DNA from: an uncultured delta proteobacterium
Lineage (GTDB): Bacteria > Myxococcota > Myxococcia > SLRQ01
NCBI GenBank assembly: GCA_963727485.1
Contig: CAVSGM010000011.1
Span: forward strand, 224,001-288,000
Direction of reading: 5' to 3'
DNA: 64,000 nucleotides
Shown: positions 49,887-60,495 of the stretch, piece by piece
Numbering within the stretch: position 1 is the stretch's first letter
How the letters are laid out: each line of letters opens with the position of its first letter
Position numbers and translations under genes: made by a program
The notes under the pieces: generated by a model
What the model saw: the letters and a program-made list of their open reading frames with translations, nothing else
Told to the model about the DNA's origin: nothing
Database searches by the model: none

Positions 49887-52817
49887 TCAGCGCCGCTTCC
49901 GGACGCGGGCGCCGCTCGAGCGGGCCCGGCCGCCGCCCTTGCCACCCTCGGCCTTGCCCCTGGCCGCCTTGGGAGCGGGCAGCCCCAGGGTCTCCCGGAG
50001 GGCGACGCCGGTGTAGCTCCCCTTGGCCGCGGCCACCTGCTCCGGGGTCCCGGTGGCCACCACCTCGCCGCCGGCGTCGCCCCCGTCGGGGCCGAGGTCG
50101 ACGATCCAGTCGGCGCACTTGATGACGTCGAGGTTGTGCTCGATCACGAGCACCGTGTTCCCCTGGTCGACCAGGCGCTGGAGCACCTCGAGGAGCCGGG
50201 CGATGTCCTGGAAGTGCAGCCCGGTGGTGGGCTCGTCGAGGACGTAGAGGGTGCGGCCGGTGGGGGGCCGCGCCAGGAACCGCGAGAGCTTCACCCGCTG
50301 GGCCTCGCCCCCGGAGAGGGTGGGGGACGCCTGCCCCAGGTGGATGTAGCCGAGGCCCACGTCGTCGAGGGTCTGGAGGATGCGGACGATGTCCGGGTGG
50401 GCGCCGAAGTGCTCCAGGGCCTCGCGGACGCTCATCTCCAGGACGTCGGCGACGTTCTTGCCCTTGTAGCGCACCCGGAGGGTGGCCTCGTTGAAGCGCC
50501 GGCCGCCGCAGACCTCGCAGGGGACGTAGACGTCGGCGAGGAAGTGCATCTCCACCACCCGCACCCCGTCGCCGTTGCAGGCGTCGCAGCGGCCGCCCTT
50601 GACGTTGAAGGAGAAGCGCCCGGGCTGGTAGCCGAACGCCCGGGCCTCGGGGGTCATGGCGAAGACGTTGCGGATGGCGTCGAAGACCTTGGTGTAGGTC
50701 GCCGGGTTGGACCGCGGCGTCCGCCCGATGGGCCGCTGGTCGATGTGGATGATCTTGTCGAGGTGCTCGAGGCCGGCGATGGCCCGGTGCTTGCCCACCG
50801 GTTCCCGGGAGGCGTGGAGCGAGCGCCGGAGCTGGGGGATGAGGATCTGGGTGACCAGGGTCGACTTGCCGGCGCCCGAGACCCCGGTGACCGCCACCAG
50901 GCCCCCCAGGGGCAGGTGGACGTCGATGTCCTTGAGGTTGTGCTCGCGGGCGCCGAGGACCACGAGCTCCTCGGGGCCCACCTGGCGCCGGGTCTCGGGG
51001 ATCTCGATGCGCGCCGCGCCCGAGAGGTACTGGCCGGTGACCGACCGCGCCACCGCCTCGACGTCCTTGGGCGACCCGGTGGCCACCACCTCGCCCCCGA
51101 GGCGCCCGGCCCCGGGCCCGAAGTCGACCAGGTAGTCTGCGGCCTCGATGGTCTCCTGGTCGTGCTCGACCACGATCACCGAGTTGCCGATGTCCCGGAG
51201 GCGCTGGAGGGTGCGCAAGAGCTTGCCGTTGTCCCGGTGGTGCAGGCCGATGGAGGGCTCGTCGAGGACGTAGATGACCCCGGTGAGCTCGGAGCCCAGC
51301 TGGCTGGCCAGGCGGATGCGCTGGGCCTCGCCGCCGGAGAGGCTGGGCCCCAGCCGGTCGAGGGTGAGGTAGCCGAGCCCCACGTCGACCAGGAAGCCCA
51401 GGCGCCCGTTGATCTCCTTGAGGAGCTCGGTGGCGATGACCAGGTCGTTGCCGGTGAGCGGCACCTCCTGGAACCAGCGCTGGGCGTCGGTGATGGTCAT
51501 CTGCGAGACGTCGACGATGGAGCTGTCGTGGATGCGCACCGCCCGGCTCTCGGGGCGCAGCCGCCCGCCGTCGCAGGTGTGGCAGGGCTTGGTGGAGAAG
51601 TACTTCACGTAGTACTTGCGCATGGCCTCGGAGGTGGTCTCCTTGAACCTCCGCATCAGCCGGTTGACCACGCCCTCGTAGCGGGTGCGGTAGCGGCGCC
51701 GCCCCCGGCCCTTCACCCGGGCCTTGCCGTCGGGGCTGCCGTAGAGGAGGAAGTCGCGCTGGGTCTTGGGGAGCTTGTTGAACGGGGTGTCGAGGTCGAT
51801 GTCCTCGCTCTCGCACAGGGCGGTGATGTACTCGAAGCGCCACCCCTCCTCGCGCTGCATCGCCGCCGCCCAGGGCTCCACCGCCCCGTCGCGCAGCGAG
51901 CGGTCGGGGTCGGGGACGATGAGGTCCGGGTCCATCTCGTTGCGGGTGCCCAGGCCGTTGCAGTCCTCGCAGAACCCCAAGGGCGAGTTGAAGGAGAACG
52001 AGTGGGGCCGCAGCTCGGGGAAGCTGATGCCGCAGGTGGTGCAGGCGAGGTGCTCGGAGAGGGTCTTCTGCTGCTTCACCGAGGGGGTGCCGTCCTCGAG
52101 GGCCGGGGCCACCACGATGACGCCTCCGCCGGCCTTGAGCGCGGTCTCCACCGAGTCGGCGAGGCGGTCCCGGGCGCTCTCCTTCGCCGCCAGCCGGTCG
52201 ACCACGATCTCGATGGTGTGCTTCTTCTTCTTGTCGAGGACGATCTCCTCGTCGAGGCGGCGGACGGTGTTGTCGATGCGGACCCGGCTGAAGCCCTGCT
52301 TCTGGATGTCCTGGAGCAGCTCCTTGTGCTCGCCCTTGCGGGCGACGATCACCGGCGCCAGGAGGTAGACCCGGGCGTCCTCGCCGAACTTGAGGATCTC
52401 CTCGACGATCTGCTGGCTGCCCTGCTTGCCCACCTTCTGGCCGCAGCTGTGGCAGTACTGCACCCCGATGTTGGCGTAGAGCACCCGGAGGTAGTCGTAG
52501 ATCTCGGTGATGGTCCCCACCGTGGACCGGGGGTTGTTGGACGCCGCCTTCTGCTCGATGGAGATGGTGGGCGAGAGCCCGCGGATGGTCTCGAAGTGGG
52601 GCTTGTCCATCTGCCCCAGGAACTGCCGGGCGTAGGCGGAGAGGCTCTCCACGTAGCGGCGCTGCCCCTCGGCGTAGAGGGTGTCGAAGGCCAGCGACGA
52701 CTTCCCCGACCCCGAGACGCCGGTGAAGACCACCAGCTGCTTCTTGGGGATGTCGACGTCGACGCCCTTGAGGTTGTGCTCTCGGGCCCCGCGGATGATG
52801 ATGCGCTCTGGCTCCAA
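49887..52817 (-). CDS. uvrA: Excinuclease ABC subunit A
   Basis: GAREHNLK twice, [34 protein letters not shown] twice. Probable TTG start at 52817 after GGGAG. Confidence 0.97.
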   Translation of the reverse strand: MEPERIIIRGAREHNLKGVDVDIPKKQLVVFTGVSGSGKSSLAFDTLYAEGQRRYVESLSAYARQFLGQMDKPHFETIRGLSPTISIEQKAASNNPRSTVGTITEIYDYLRVLYANIGVQYCHSCGQKVGKQGSQQIVEEILKFGEDARVYLLAPVIVARKGEHKELLQDIQKQGFSRVRIDNTVRRLDEEIVLDKKKKHTIEIVVDRLAAKESARDRLADSVETALKAGGGVIVVAPALEDGTPSVKQQKTLSEHLACTTCGISFPELRPHSFSFNSPLGFCEDCNGLGTRNEMDPDLIVPDPDRSLRDGAVEPWAAAMQREEGWRFEYITALCESEDIDLDTPFNKLPKTQRDFLLYGSPDGKARVKGRGRRRYRTRYEGVVNRLMRRFKETTSEAMRKYYVKYFSTKPCHTCDGGRLRPESRAVRIHDSSIVDVSQMTITDAQRWFQEVPLTGNDLVIATELLKEINGRLGFLVDVGLGYLTLDRLGPSLSGGEAQRIRLASQLGSELTGVIYVLDEPSIGLHHRDNGKLLRTLQRLRDIGNSVIVVEHDQETIEAADYLVDFGPGAGRLGGEVVATGSPKDVEAVARSVTGQYLSGAARIEIPETRRQVGPEELVVLGAREHNLKDIDVHLPLGGLVAVTGVSGAGKSTLVTQILIPQLRRSLHASREPVGKHRAIAGLEHLDKIIHIDQRPIGRTPRSNPATYTKVFDAIRNVFAMTPEARAFGYQPGRFSFNVKGGRCDACNGDGVRVVEMHFLADVYVPCEVCGGRRFNEATLRVRYKGKNVADVLEMSVREALEHFGAHPDIVRILQTLDDVGLGYIHLGQASPTLSGGEAQRVKLSRFLARPPTGRTLYVLDEPTTGLHFQDIARLLEVLQRLVDQGNTVLVIEHNLDVIKCADWIVDLGPDGGDAGGEVVATGTPEQVAAAKGSYTGVALRETLGLPAPKAARGKAEGGKGGGRARSSGARVRKRR

Positions 52818-52892
52818 ATCTCGGCTCCCGGCGTTGTCCCCGGACGGATGGGGCGGGAGCATACATGGGCCCCCTGACGGTTGGGATCAAGG

Positions 52893-53945
52893 ATGCCCCC
52901 CGGTCACCGAAGCGCGCGTGTTCTCGCAGGTCCGGCGCTGGCCTGCCTCGCCGCCGCGGCCCTCTTCGGCGCCGCCACCCCGGCGGCCAAGGTCCTCCTC
53001 CGGGGCCTCGGGCCCCTGTCCCTGGCGGGTCTGCTCTACCTCGGCGCCGCGGTGGCGATGATCCCCTGGCTCGGCCGGGGCGCCGACCTGGGCCTGGTCG
53101 ACCGCCGGCAGGCCGGGCGCCTCGCCGGGGCGGTGATCCTCGGGGGGATCGCCGGGCCGGTGCTCCTCCTCCTGGGCCTGGCGCGCCTCCCGGCGGCCTC
53201 GGCGTCCCTGGGCCTCAACCTCGAGCTCCCGGCGACGGCGCTGATCGCCTGGGCCCTCTTCCACGAGCACCTGGGGCGGCGCACCCTCCTCGGCGGGGGC
53301 CTGGCGCTGGCCGCCGGGGCGCTGCTGACCCTCCCGGGGCACCTGGTCCTGGCCCCGGGCCTGGGGCTGGTGGCGCTGGCCTGCGTCGCCTGGGGCCTGG
53401 ACAACAACCTCACCGCGGTCATCGACGCCCTCACCCCGGCGCAGATCACCGCGGTGAAGGGCTCGGTCGCAGGGGCGGTGAACCTCGCCCTCGGCCTCGC
53501 CCTGGAGCACCCGCGCTTCGAGCCGGGGATCGTCGCCGGGGCCCTGGTCGTGGGGGCGCTGGGCTACGGGGCCTCGCTCACCCTCTACATTGGTGGGGCC
53601 CAGCGCCTCGGGGCCACCCGCTCCCAGATGATCTTCGCCGCCGCGCCCTTCATCGGCACGGTGCTGGCGTGGGTCGGCCTCGGGGAGCCGGTGCGGCCGG
53701 TGGAGCTCGGGGCCGGGGTGCTCATGGCCGCGGGGATCGCGGTGATGCTCACCGGCCGCCACGGCCACGTCCACACCCACGACGCCACGGTCCACACCCA
53801 CGGCCACCGCCACGACGACGGCCACCACGACCACGTGCACCCGGGGCTCCCCGCCTGGGTGTGGCACACCCACGCCCACGCCCACCGGGCCTTGACCCAC
53901 ACCCACGGCCACCTGCCGGACCTCCACCACCGGCACGGGCACTGA
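52893..53945 (+). CDS. DMT/EamA-family transporter with His-rich C-terminal tail
   Basis: About 10 TM helices, WGLDNNLT, tail HGHVHTH...[11 protein letters not shown]. Confidence 0.88.
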   Translation: MPPGHRSARVLAGPALACLAAAALFGAATPAAKVLLRGLGPLSLAGLLYLGAAVAMIPWLGRGADLGLVDRRQAGRLAGAVILGGIAGPVLLLLGLARLPAASASLGLNLELPATALIAWALFHEHLGRRTLLGGGLALAAGALLTLPGHLVLAPGLGLVALACVAWGLDNNLTAVIDALTPAQITAVKGSVAGAVNLALGLALEHPRFEPGIVAGALVVGALGYGASLTLYIGGAQRLGATRSQMIFAAAPFIGTVLAWVGLGEPVRPVELGAGVLMAAGIAVMLTGRHGHVHTHDATVHTHGHRHDDGHHDHVHPGLPAWVWHTHAHAHRALTHTHGHLPDLHHRHGH

Positions 53946-54040
53946 CCGGCGGAGGGCCCGGCTGCCGCGCCTGGTGGTGGCGGGCCCGCCCGGGGGTCGT
54001 TGTTGAGCCCCGGCGGGCACCTGGGCTACCCTCAGTGCCA

Positions 54041-55804
54041 ATGAAGCGCCTCTCCGGGCTCGCCTTGGTGGCAGCCGCGGGCCTCGCCCTCGCCATGCAC
54101 TGGGCCGTCGGGGCCCACTTCTTCCAGGGCTGGGAGCTCTCCCTGGGGAGCATCACCTTCCCGGCCCCGCGCTACGGCGCCTTCCTCCTCTCGTGGATGA
54201 CCTTCGGGAGCGTCGCCGCGGTCCTCGCCACCCTCGGGCTCGCTCGCCTCGCCGGTCCGAACCTGGCGCGGACCTTCGAGCGGTTCGCCGCCTACCCCGG
54301 GCGGCGCTTCGTGCCCCTGGCGGCCTTCCTCGCCTTCGCCACCGCGATGCTCGCCCGCACCTGGCTCCTCCACGGCGTGCCCCTCACCGACGACGAGGCC
54401 GCCTACCGGTTCATGGCCCAGGTGCTGGCCGGGGGGCACCTGACCGCCCCGTCCCCGCCGATGAAGCTCTTCTTCGACCGGGGGATGATGATCAACGACG
54501 GGCGCTTCCATGCCCTCTACTTCCTCGGCTGGCCCGCGCTCCTGGCGCCGTGGGTGCTGGTCCACGCCGCGGGCCTCGCCAACGCCGTCTACTCGGCGCT
54601 CACGGTCCCTGCGCTCTACCTCCTCGCCCGGCGTGTCGCCGGCCGGGGCTGGGCCAAGGTGACCGTCCTCCTCTTCGGCGTCTCCCCGATGGTCGCCGTC
54701 GGGGCCGCCGCCCTCGGGTCCCACCCCAGCGAGCTGATGCTCCTCGCCTGGCTCGCCTGGCTCGCCTTCCGCAGCGCCGAGGCCGAGGCGCCCCTCTGGG
54801 CCCACGCCGGGGTCGCGGTGGCCTTCGGGGCCGCGGTCTTCGACCGGCCCTTCACCGCGCTGGGCCTGGGGCTGCCCTTCCTGGTGGTCTGGGCCCTGGG
54901 CCTCCGGCGGCTCTCCGGCCGTCGGCGCCTGGCCGCGGCCGCGGTCTTCGCGGTGCCGGCGGTCCTCCTCGCCGGGGCCTTCTTCGCCGTGAACCTGGTG
55001 CAGAACGGCTCGCCCTCTCACCCTGGGGTACTGGCGCTACTACGCCTACGCCCGGGCCAATGGCTTCCGCTTCTCCCTGTGGCAGCACGCCATCCCCGGC
55101 GGTCACCCGGGCTTCCGCTTCGGAGACCTGGTGGGCGGCACCGCCTCCACCGCGGCCGGACTCCTCCGGTTCTCGGTGGCCTTCCTCGGCTGGCCCTGCT
55201 CGCTGGTCTTCGCCTTCTTCGCCGGTCGGACGCGGGAGACGGAGGTGTACTGGGCCTCGGCGGCCACCTTCGTCGCCGCGCTCCTGCTCACCTCCAACGC
55301 CGGCATCGACACCTACGGACCGGTGCACCTCGCGGAGCTCGCCCTGCCGGTGCTGATCCTCAGCGCCGCGGGCCTGGCGCGCCTCGATCGCTGGCTCGCC
55401 GGCCCGAGCCCGGGCCTCACCCTCGCCGCGGTGCTGGGGCTCTCGGGGGCCACGGCCGTGGGCTACCTGCCGGTCCGGCTCTCCGCGGTGTCCGCCATCG
55501 CCAGTCGGATTGCGGCGCCGTTCCAGGCGGTCGCGGGCATCCCCCGGGGTGAGCCGGCGGTGGTGTTCGCGCCGCGGCCCTTCGTGCGCTATTGCCACGG
55601 GCCCCAGGGCTTCGTCTTCTTCATGCCGACCAACGACCCGGGTCTCACCAACCCCGTGATCTGGGCGAACCATTCGGACCCCGGAAGGACCAGGCCCTCA
55701 TGGCCCACTTCCCCGGACGCCAGGGCTGGATCCTCGCCTGGGACCATTGTACGCCGCTGATCGTCTCCCTCGAACGGGCCCGGGCCGCGGCGCCGGACCC
55801 ATGA
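54041..55804 (+). CDS. GT-C (ArnT/PMT-like) integral membrane glycosyltransferase; frameshifts near 55020 and 55685
   Basis: Polytopic protein; PLTDDEAAYRF acidic motif. The stitched 3' end forms an ATGA overlap with the next gene. Confidence 0.7.
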
Positions 55805-56862
55805 CCCCCGTGCCATCCTCGTCGTCGTCCCGGAACCTCGCCATGTCCCGCACCTCGATCCTCGTCACCGGCGGCGCCGGCTACCTCGGCGCCATCCTCG
55901 TGCCCAAGCTCCTCGACGCCGGCCACCGGGTCACCGTCCTCGACGCCCTCTTCTTCGGCGGGAAGCCCCTGGCCGCGGTGGCCGATCGCGAGGGCTTCGA
56001 GCTGGTGGCCGGGGACATCCGGGACACCGCCACCGTCGACGCCGTCCTCGCCCGGGGCTTCGACGGGGTCATCCACCTCGCCGCCATCTCCAACGACCCC
56101 TGCTCCGACCTCGACCCCGAGCTCACCCGGGCGGTCAACCACGACGCCACCGGGCACCTGATGCGCCAGGCCAAGGCCGCCGGGGTGCGCCGCTTCCTCT
56201 ACGCCTCGTCGGCGAGCGTCTACGGGATCAAGGACACCCCCGACGTCACCGAGGACCTGCCGCTGGAGCCCATCACCCTCTACGCCCGGTACAAGGCCGA
56301 GGGGGAGACGGTGCTCAACGGCCTCACCGACGACGGCTTCTGCGGGGTGTCGGTGCGGGCGGCGACGGTGTGCGGGTGGTCTCCGCGCCTGCGCCTGGAC
56401 CTCACCATCAACATCCTCACCCACCACGCCCTGACCAACGGCCGGATCCGGGTCTTCGGGGGCCGCCAGATGCGCCCCAACATCCACATCGAGGACCTCA
56501 CCGACTTCTACGTGAGGCTGCTCGACATCGAGGCCGAGAAGGTCAACGGCCGGGCCTTCAACGTCTCCACCGAGAACGCCACGGTGATGGCCCTGGCCGA
56601 GATGATCCGCGATCGGGTCGACCCGGCCATCGCCATCGACGTGGTGCCCACCGACGACCACCGCAGCTACCACCTCTCCGCCGCCCGGGCCCGGGCCGAG
56701 CTGGGCTTCGCCCCCCGCCACACCCTGGGCGACGCGGTGGACGACCTCAAGCGCGCCTACGCCGAGGGCCGGGTCCCGGACCCCGAGTCGCGGATCTACC
56801 GGAACGTGCAGCTGATGAAGCACGCGCCGGCGGTGTGGCAGAACCTGGGGGGCGCGCGGTGA
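55801..56862 (+). CDS. NAD-dependent epimerase/dehydratase (extended SDR)
   Basis: VTGGAGYLG, HLAAISND, ASSASVYG, YARYK. Start at 55801 or 55843. Confidence 0.92.
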   Translation: MTPVPSSSSSRNLAMSRTSILVTGGAGYLGAILVPKLLDAGHRVTVLDALFFGGKPLAAVADREGFELVAGDIRDTATVDAVLARGFDGVIHLAAISNDPCSDLDPELTRAVNHDATGHLMRQAKAAGVRRFLYASSASVYGIKDTPDVTEDLPLEPITLYARYKAEGETVLNGLTDDGFCGVSVRAATVCGWSPRLRLDLTINILTHHALTNGRIRVFGGRQMRPNIHIEDLTDFYVRLLDIEAEKVNGRAFNVSTENATVMALAEMIRDRVDPAIAIDVVPTDDHRSYHLSAARARAELGFAPRHTLGDAVDDLKRAYAEGRVPDPESRIYRNVQLMKHAPAVWQNLGGAR

Positions 56863-57959
56863 CCGTGATACGGGTGCCCTACGTCGACCTCGCGGCCCAG
56901 AACCGGCCGCTGAAGGCCGAGCTCCTGGAGGCGGTGGGCCGGGTCCTCGACCACGGGTGGCTGGTCAACGGCCCCGAGGTCGCCGACCTGGAGCGGCGCC
57001 TCGCCGAGCGACTCGGGGGCGGGCACGTGGTCGGCGTCGCCTCGGGGACCGCGGCCCTGGTCCTGGCCCTGCGCCTCCACGGCATCGGCCCCGGTGACGA
57101 GGTGGTGGTCCCCAGCCACTCCTTCGTGGCCACGGCCTCGGCGGTGGTCCTCGCCGGGGCGCGCCCGGTCTTCGCCGACGTCGACGAGGAGACCATGGTC
57201 CTCGACGCCGCCGCGGCCGAGCGGGCGATCACCGAGCGCACCCGGGCGGTGCTGCCGGTGCACCTCAACGGCTTCGCCGCCGACCTCGACGCCTTCACCG
57301 CGCTGTGCCGCGACCGGGACCTGGTGCTCCTCGAGGACTGCGCCCAAGCCCTGGGCGCCGCCTGGAAGGGCCGCCCGGTGGGCACCTTCGGCACCGGGTG
57401 CTTCAGCCTCCACCCCCTCAAGCCCCTGGCCGCCGCCGGGGACGCGGGCTTCGTCTGGGTCTCCGAGGCGGCGCAGGCCGAGACCCTGAAGCGTCTGCGC
57501 AACCTCGGCCTCGCCGACCGGGACCACCTGGCGCAGGTCAGCGGCAACGATCGCCTGGACACGGTGCAGGCGGCGATGCTGGGGGTGAAGCTCGGGCACC
57601 TCGACGCCTGGCTCGCCGCCCGCCGGGCCCACGCCGAGGCCTACCGCGCCGCCCTGGAGGGCCTGGTGCGGCTGCCCCCGGCGCGCCCCGAGTGCCAGCC
57701 GAGCCACAGCGTCTTCTGCGTCCGCCACCCCAGGCGCGACGCGCTCCTCGAGGGCCTGCGCGCCCGGGGCATCGACGCCAAGGTCCACTACCCGGTGGCC
57801 ATCCACCAGCAGGCCCCCTTCGCCGGGGACCCGCCGCCGTCGCTCCCGGTCACCGAGCAGGTGGTGCAGGAGATCGTGAGCCTCCCGGTGAGCCCCGAGC
57901 TCGACGTCGCCGGGCGCGAGGCGGTGATCGCGGCGGTGCAGGAGACCCTCGCGGCATGA
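56859..57959 (+). CDS. DegT/DnrJ/EryC1/StrS sugar aminotransferase
   Basis: SGTAAL, GPGDEV, EDCAQA, FSLHPLKPL (PLP lysine); GTGA overlap. Confidence 0.93.
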   Translation: MTVIRVPYVDLAAQNRPLKAELLEAVGRVLDHGWLVNGPEVADLERRLAERLGGGHVVGVASGTAALVLALRLHGIGPGDEVVVPSHSFVATASAVVLAGARPVFADVDEETMVLDAAAAERAITERTRAVLPVHLNGFAADLDAFTALCRDRDLVLLEDCAQALGAAWKGRPVGTFGTGCFSLHPLKPLAAAGDAGFVWVSEAAQAETLKRLRNLGLADRDHLAQVSGNDRLDTVQAAMLGVKLGHLDAWLAARRAHAEAYRAALEGLVRLPPARPECQPSHSVFCVRHPRRDALLEGLRARGIDAKVHYPVAIHQQAPFAGDPPPSLPVTEQVVQEIVSLPVSPELDVAGREAVIAAVQETLAA

Positions 57960-59497
57960 CCGAGGCCTCGGAAAAGATCGTCACCCCCGAGGCCCTGGCC
58001 CGGATCCGCGCGGATCTCGAGGCCCAGGGCCGCACCGTGGTCCAGGCCCACGGCTGCTTCGACATCGTCCACCCCGGGCACATCCGCTACCTGCGCTTCG
58101 CCCGGGACCAGGGCGACGTCCTGGTGGTGAGCGTGAGCGCCGACGACGTGGTGGGCAAGGGCGCCGACCGCCCCTACATCAACGAGGACCTGCGCCTGGA
58201 GAACCTCGCGGTCCTGGAGTTCGTGGACTACGTGGTCCTCGATCACCACGCCTGGGCGGGGCCGATCCTGGAGACGGTCAGGCCCGACGTCTACGTGAAG
58301 GGCAAGGAGTACGAGACCGGCGGCGACCCGCGCTTCCTCCAGGAGAAGGACCTGGTCGAGGGCTACGGGGGCCGGGTGATCTTCGGCTCCGGCGACGTGG
58401 TGTTCTCCTCCACCGCCATCATCGACCGCTTCCGCGAGCAGTTCCGCCTCGACGCCGAGAAGACAAGGTTCTTCTGCCGGCGCCACGGGGTCACCCGCGC
58501 CGCGGTGGACGGCGCCCTCCGGGCCATCGGGGAGGCGCGGATCCTGGTCCTCGGCGATCCCATCCTCGACCGTCACATCCACTCGGAGATGGCCACCGTG
58601 GCCGCCGAGGCGCCGGTGCTCTCGGTGGTGCCGATGCACCAGGACACCTACCTCGGCGGCGGGGCCCTCATCGCCCGGCAGCTCGCCAACCTCGGGGCGA
58701 AGGCGGGCTACCTCACGGTCCTGGGTCGGGACGCCGAGGCCGAGGACTTCGCCGAGGGGCTCGCCGCCGGCGGGGTGACCCTCCACCGCCTCGAGGCCCA
58801 TCACCGGCCGGTGTTCGTGAAGACCCGGTACCTGGTCGACGGGAACAAGGTGTTCAAGGTCGACGAGGGGGCCTACTCGCCCCTGGCCGCGAGCGACGCC
58901 GCCGAGCTGGTCGCGCGCCTCGAGGCGTCGCTTGCGGGCTACGACGCGCTGGTGGTCACCGACTTCGGCTACGGGCTCTTCGGCGCCGAGCTCACCGAGG
59001 CCCTGCCCCGGATCTGCGCCGCCCAGGGCAAGCCCTACTACGTCGACGTGAGCCACAGCCGGCGCACCAACATCCTCAAGTTCCGTGGTCCGCGGCTGGC
59101 GACCCCCACCGAGGACGAGCTGCGCTTCGCCTTCGGCGATCCCGAGAGCGGGCTGTCCAACCTCGCCAGCCGCTACTACCGGGAGTCGGGCGCCGAGCAG
59201 CTGGTGGTGACCCTGGGCAAGCGCGGGGCCCTGCGCTTCGAGCCCGGGGAGGCCGGGGCCCGGCTGCGCACCGACCACCTCCCGGCCTTCGCCACCTACT
59301 CCGTCGACCCCATCGGCGCCGGGGACGTGTTCCTCGCCGGCGCCAGCGCCGCCGACGTCGCCCGGGCGCCCATGCCCGTGGGCATGTACCTGGGCAGCGC
59401 CCTGGCGGCGCTCCACGTGGCCCACCTGGGCAACGACCCGGTGCGGATGATTGACCTCCAGGCGTGGCTCGACGCCCGCCCCGATCTCGCGCCATGA
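57956..59497 (+). CDS. Bifunctional nucleotidyltransferase (N-terminal) / PfkB-type sugar kinase (C-terminal), HldE/RfaE-like
   Basis: HGCFDIVHPGH, KGADRP, YVKGKEY; C-terminal VVTLGKRG and DPIGAGDVF. Confidence 0.88.
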   Translation: MTEASEKIVTPEALARIRADLEAQGRTVVQAHGCFDIVHPGHIRYLRFARDQGDVLVVSVSADDVVGKGADRPYINEDLRLENLAVLEFVDYVVLDHHAWAGPILETVRPDVYVKGKEYETGGDPRFLQEKDLVEGYGGRVIFGSGDVVFSSTAIIDRFREQFRLDAEKTRFFCRRHGVTRAAVDGALRAIGEARILVLGDPILDRHIHSEMATVAAEAPVLSVVPMHQDTYLGGGALIARQLANLGAKAGYLTVLGRDAEAEDFAEGLAAGGVTLHRLEAHHRPVFVKTRYLVDGNKVFKVDEGAYSPLAASDAAELVARLEASLAGYDALVVTDFGYGLFGAELTEALPRICAAQGKPYYVDVSHSRRTNILKFRGPRLATPTEDELRFAFGDPESGLSNLASRYYRESGAEQLVVTLGKRGALRFEPGEAGARLRTDHLPAFATYSVDPIGAGDVFLAGASAADVARAPMPVGMYLGSALAALHVAHLGNDPVRMIDLQAWLDARPDLAP

Positions 59498-60495
59498 GCG
59501 CCCGCGCCCGACGGGTGGCGCTGGGGGTCGTGGGCCTGGGGGTCTCGGCGCTCTTCCTCTGGCTGGCCCTGCGCAAGGTGCCGCTGGCGGCGGCCTGGAA
59601 CCGGATCGCCACGGTGAGCCTGGGGATCCTGGCGCTCTCCCTGGTCACCAAGCTCGTGGGCTTCGGGATGATGACGGGCCGCACCCGGACCCTCCTGAAG
59701 CCGGTGGCGCCGCTGGGCGTCGGGCCGGTGTTCCGCTCGGTGCTCCTGGGTTTTGCCGCCAACAACGTGCTCCCCGCCCGTCTCGGTGACGTGGTGCGCG
59801 TCGACTACCTGGGGCGACGCAGCGGCGCCGGTTTCGGGCCCTGCCTCGCGGTGGTCGCCTTCGAGCGGGTGGTCGACACCTTCTGCCTGGTGCTGCTCCT
59901 CGCCTGCGCCCTCCCGGTGCTCCTCGGCCGGGTGCACCCGGGCGTGGGCCTGGCGCTCCTGGTCGCCGGTGCGCTCCTGGCGATGGCCGCGGCGGTGATC
60001 GTCAGCCACCATCCCGACGCCTTCGTCCGCCTCGGCCGCCGCGTCGCCGGGGTCCTCGGCAGGGCCTTCGCCGACCGGGTGGAGCCGCTCCTCGCCCGCT
60101 TCGCCACCGGTCTGGCCGCGGTCTCCAGCACCCGTTCGGTGCTGGCGGTGATGGCCTTCTCGTTGGGCTACTGGGGCAGCTCCCTGGGGTCGGTGGCCCT
60201 GTGGATCCTGGCGTTCGGCCTGCAGCTTCCCTGGTATGCGCCCCTGGTGGTGCTGCTCTTCATCTCCCTGGGCACCCTGCTTCCGGCGTCGCCGTCGTTC
60301 GTGGGCACCTACGAGTACTTCGCCGCCGCCGGGCTCAAGCTCCTGGGGGTGGGGGCCACCGCGGCGACATCGTTCGCCCTGGTGGGCCACGTGGTGGCGG
60401 TGGTCCCCTTCACCCTCGTGGCGCTGCCGGTGCTGGTGCCCGACCTGATGCGCCGGCGGCGCCGGGAGGCCTCCCTGGGCGAGGCGCCGGGCTAG
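59494..60495 (+). CDS. LPG-synthase-TM / flippase-like membrane protein
   Basis: GFAANNVLPARLGDVVR, ERVVD, PASPSFVGTYE. Confidence 0.85.
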   Translation: MSARARRVALGVVGLGVSALFLWLALRKVPLAAAWNRIATVSLGILALSLVTKLVGFGMMTGRTRTLLKPVAPLGVGPVFRSVLLGFAANNVLPARLGDVVRVDYLGRRSGAGFGPCLAVVAFERVVDTFCLVLLLACALPVLLGRVHPGVGLALLVAGALLAMAAAVIVSHHPDAFVRLGRRVAGVLGRAFADRVEPLLARFATGLAAVSSTRSVLAVMAFSLGYWGSSLGSVALWILAFGLQLPWYAPLVVLLFISLGTLLPASPSFVGTYEYFAAAGLKLLGVGATAATSFALVGHVVAVVPFTLVALPVLVPDLMRRRRREASLGEAPG

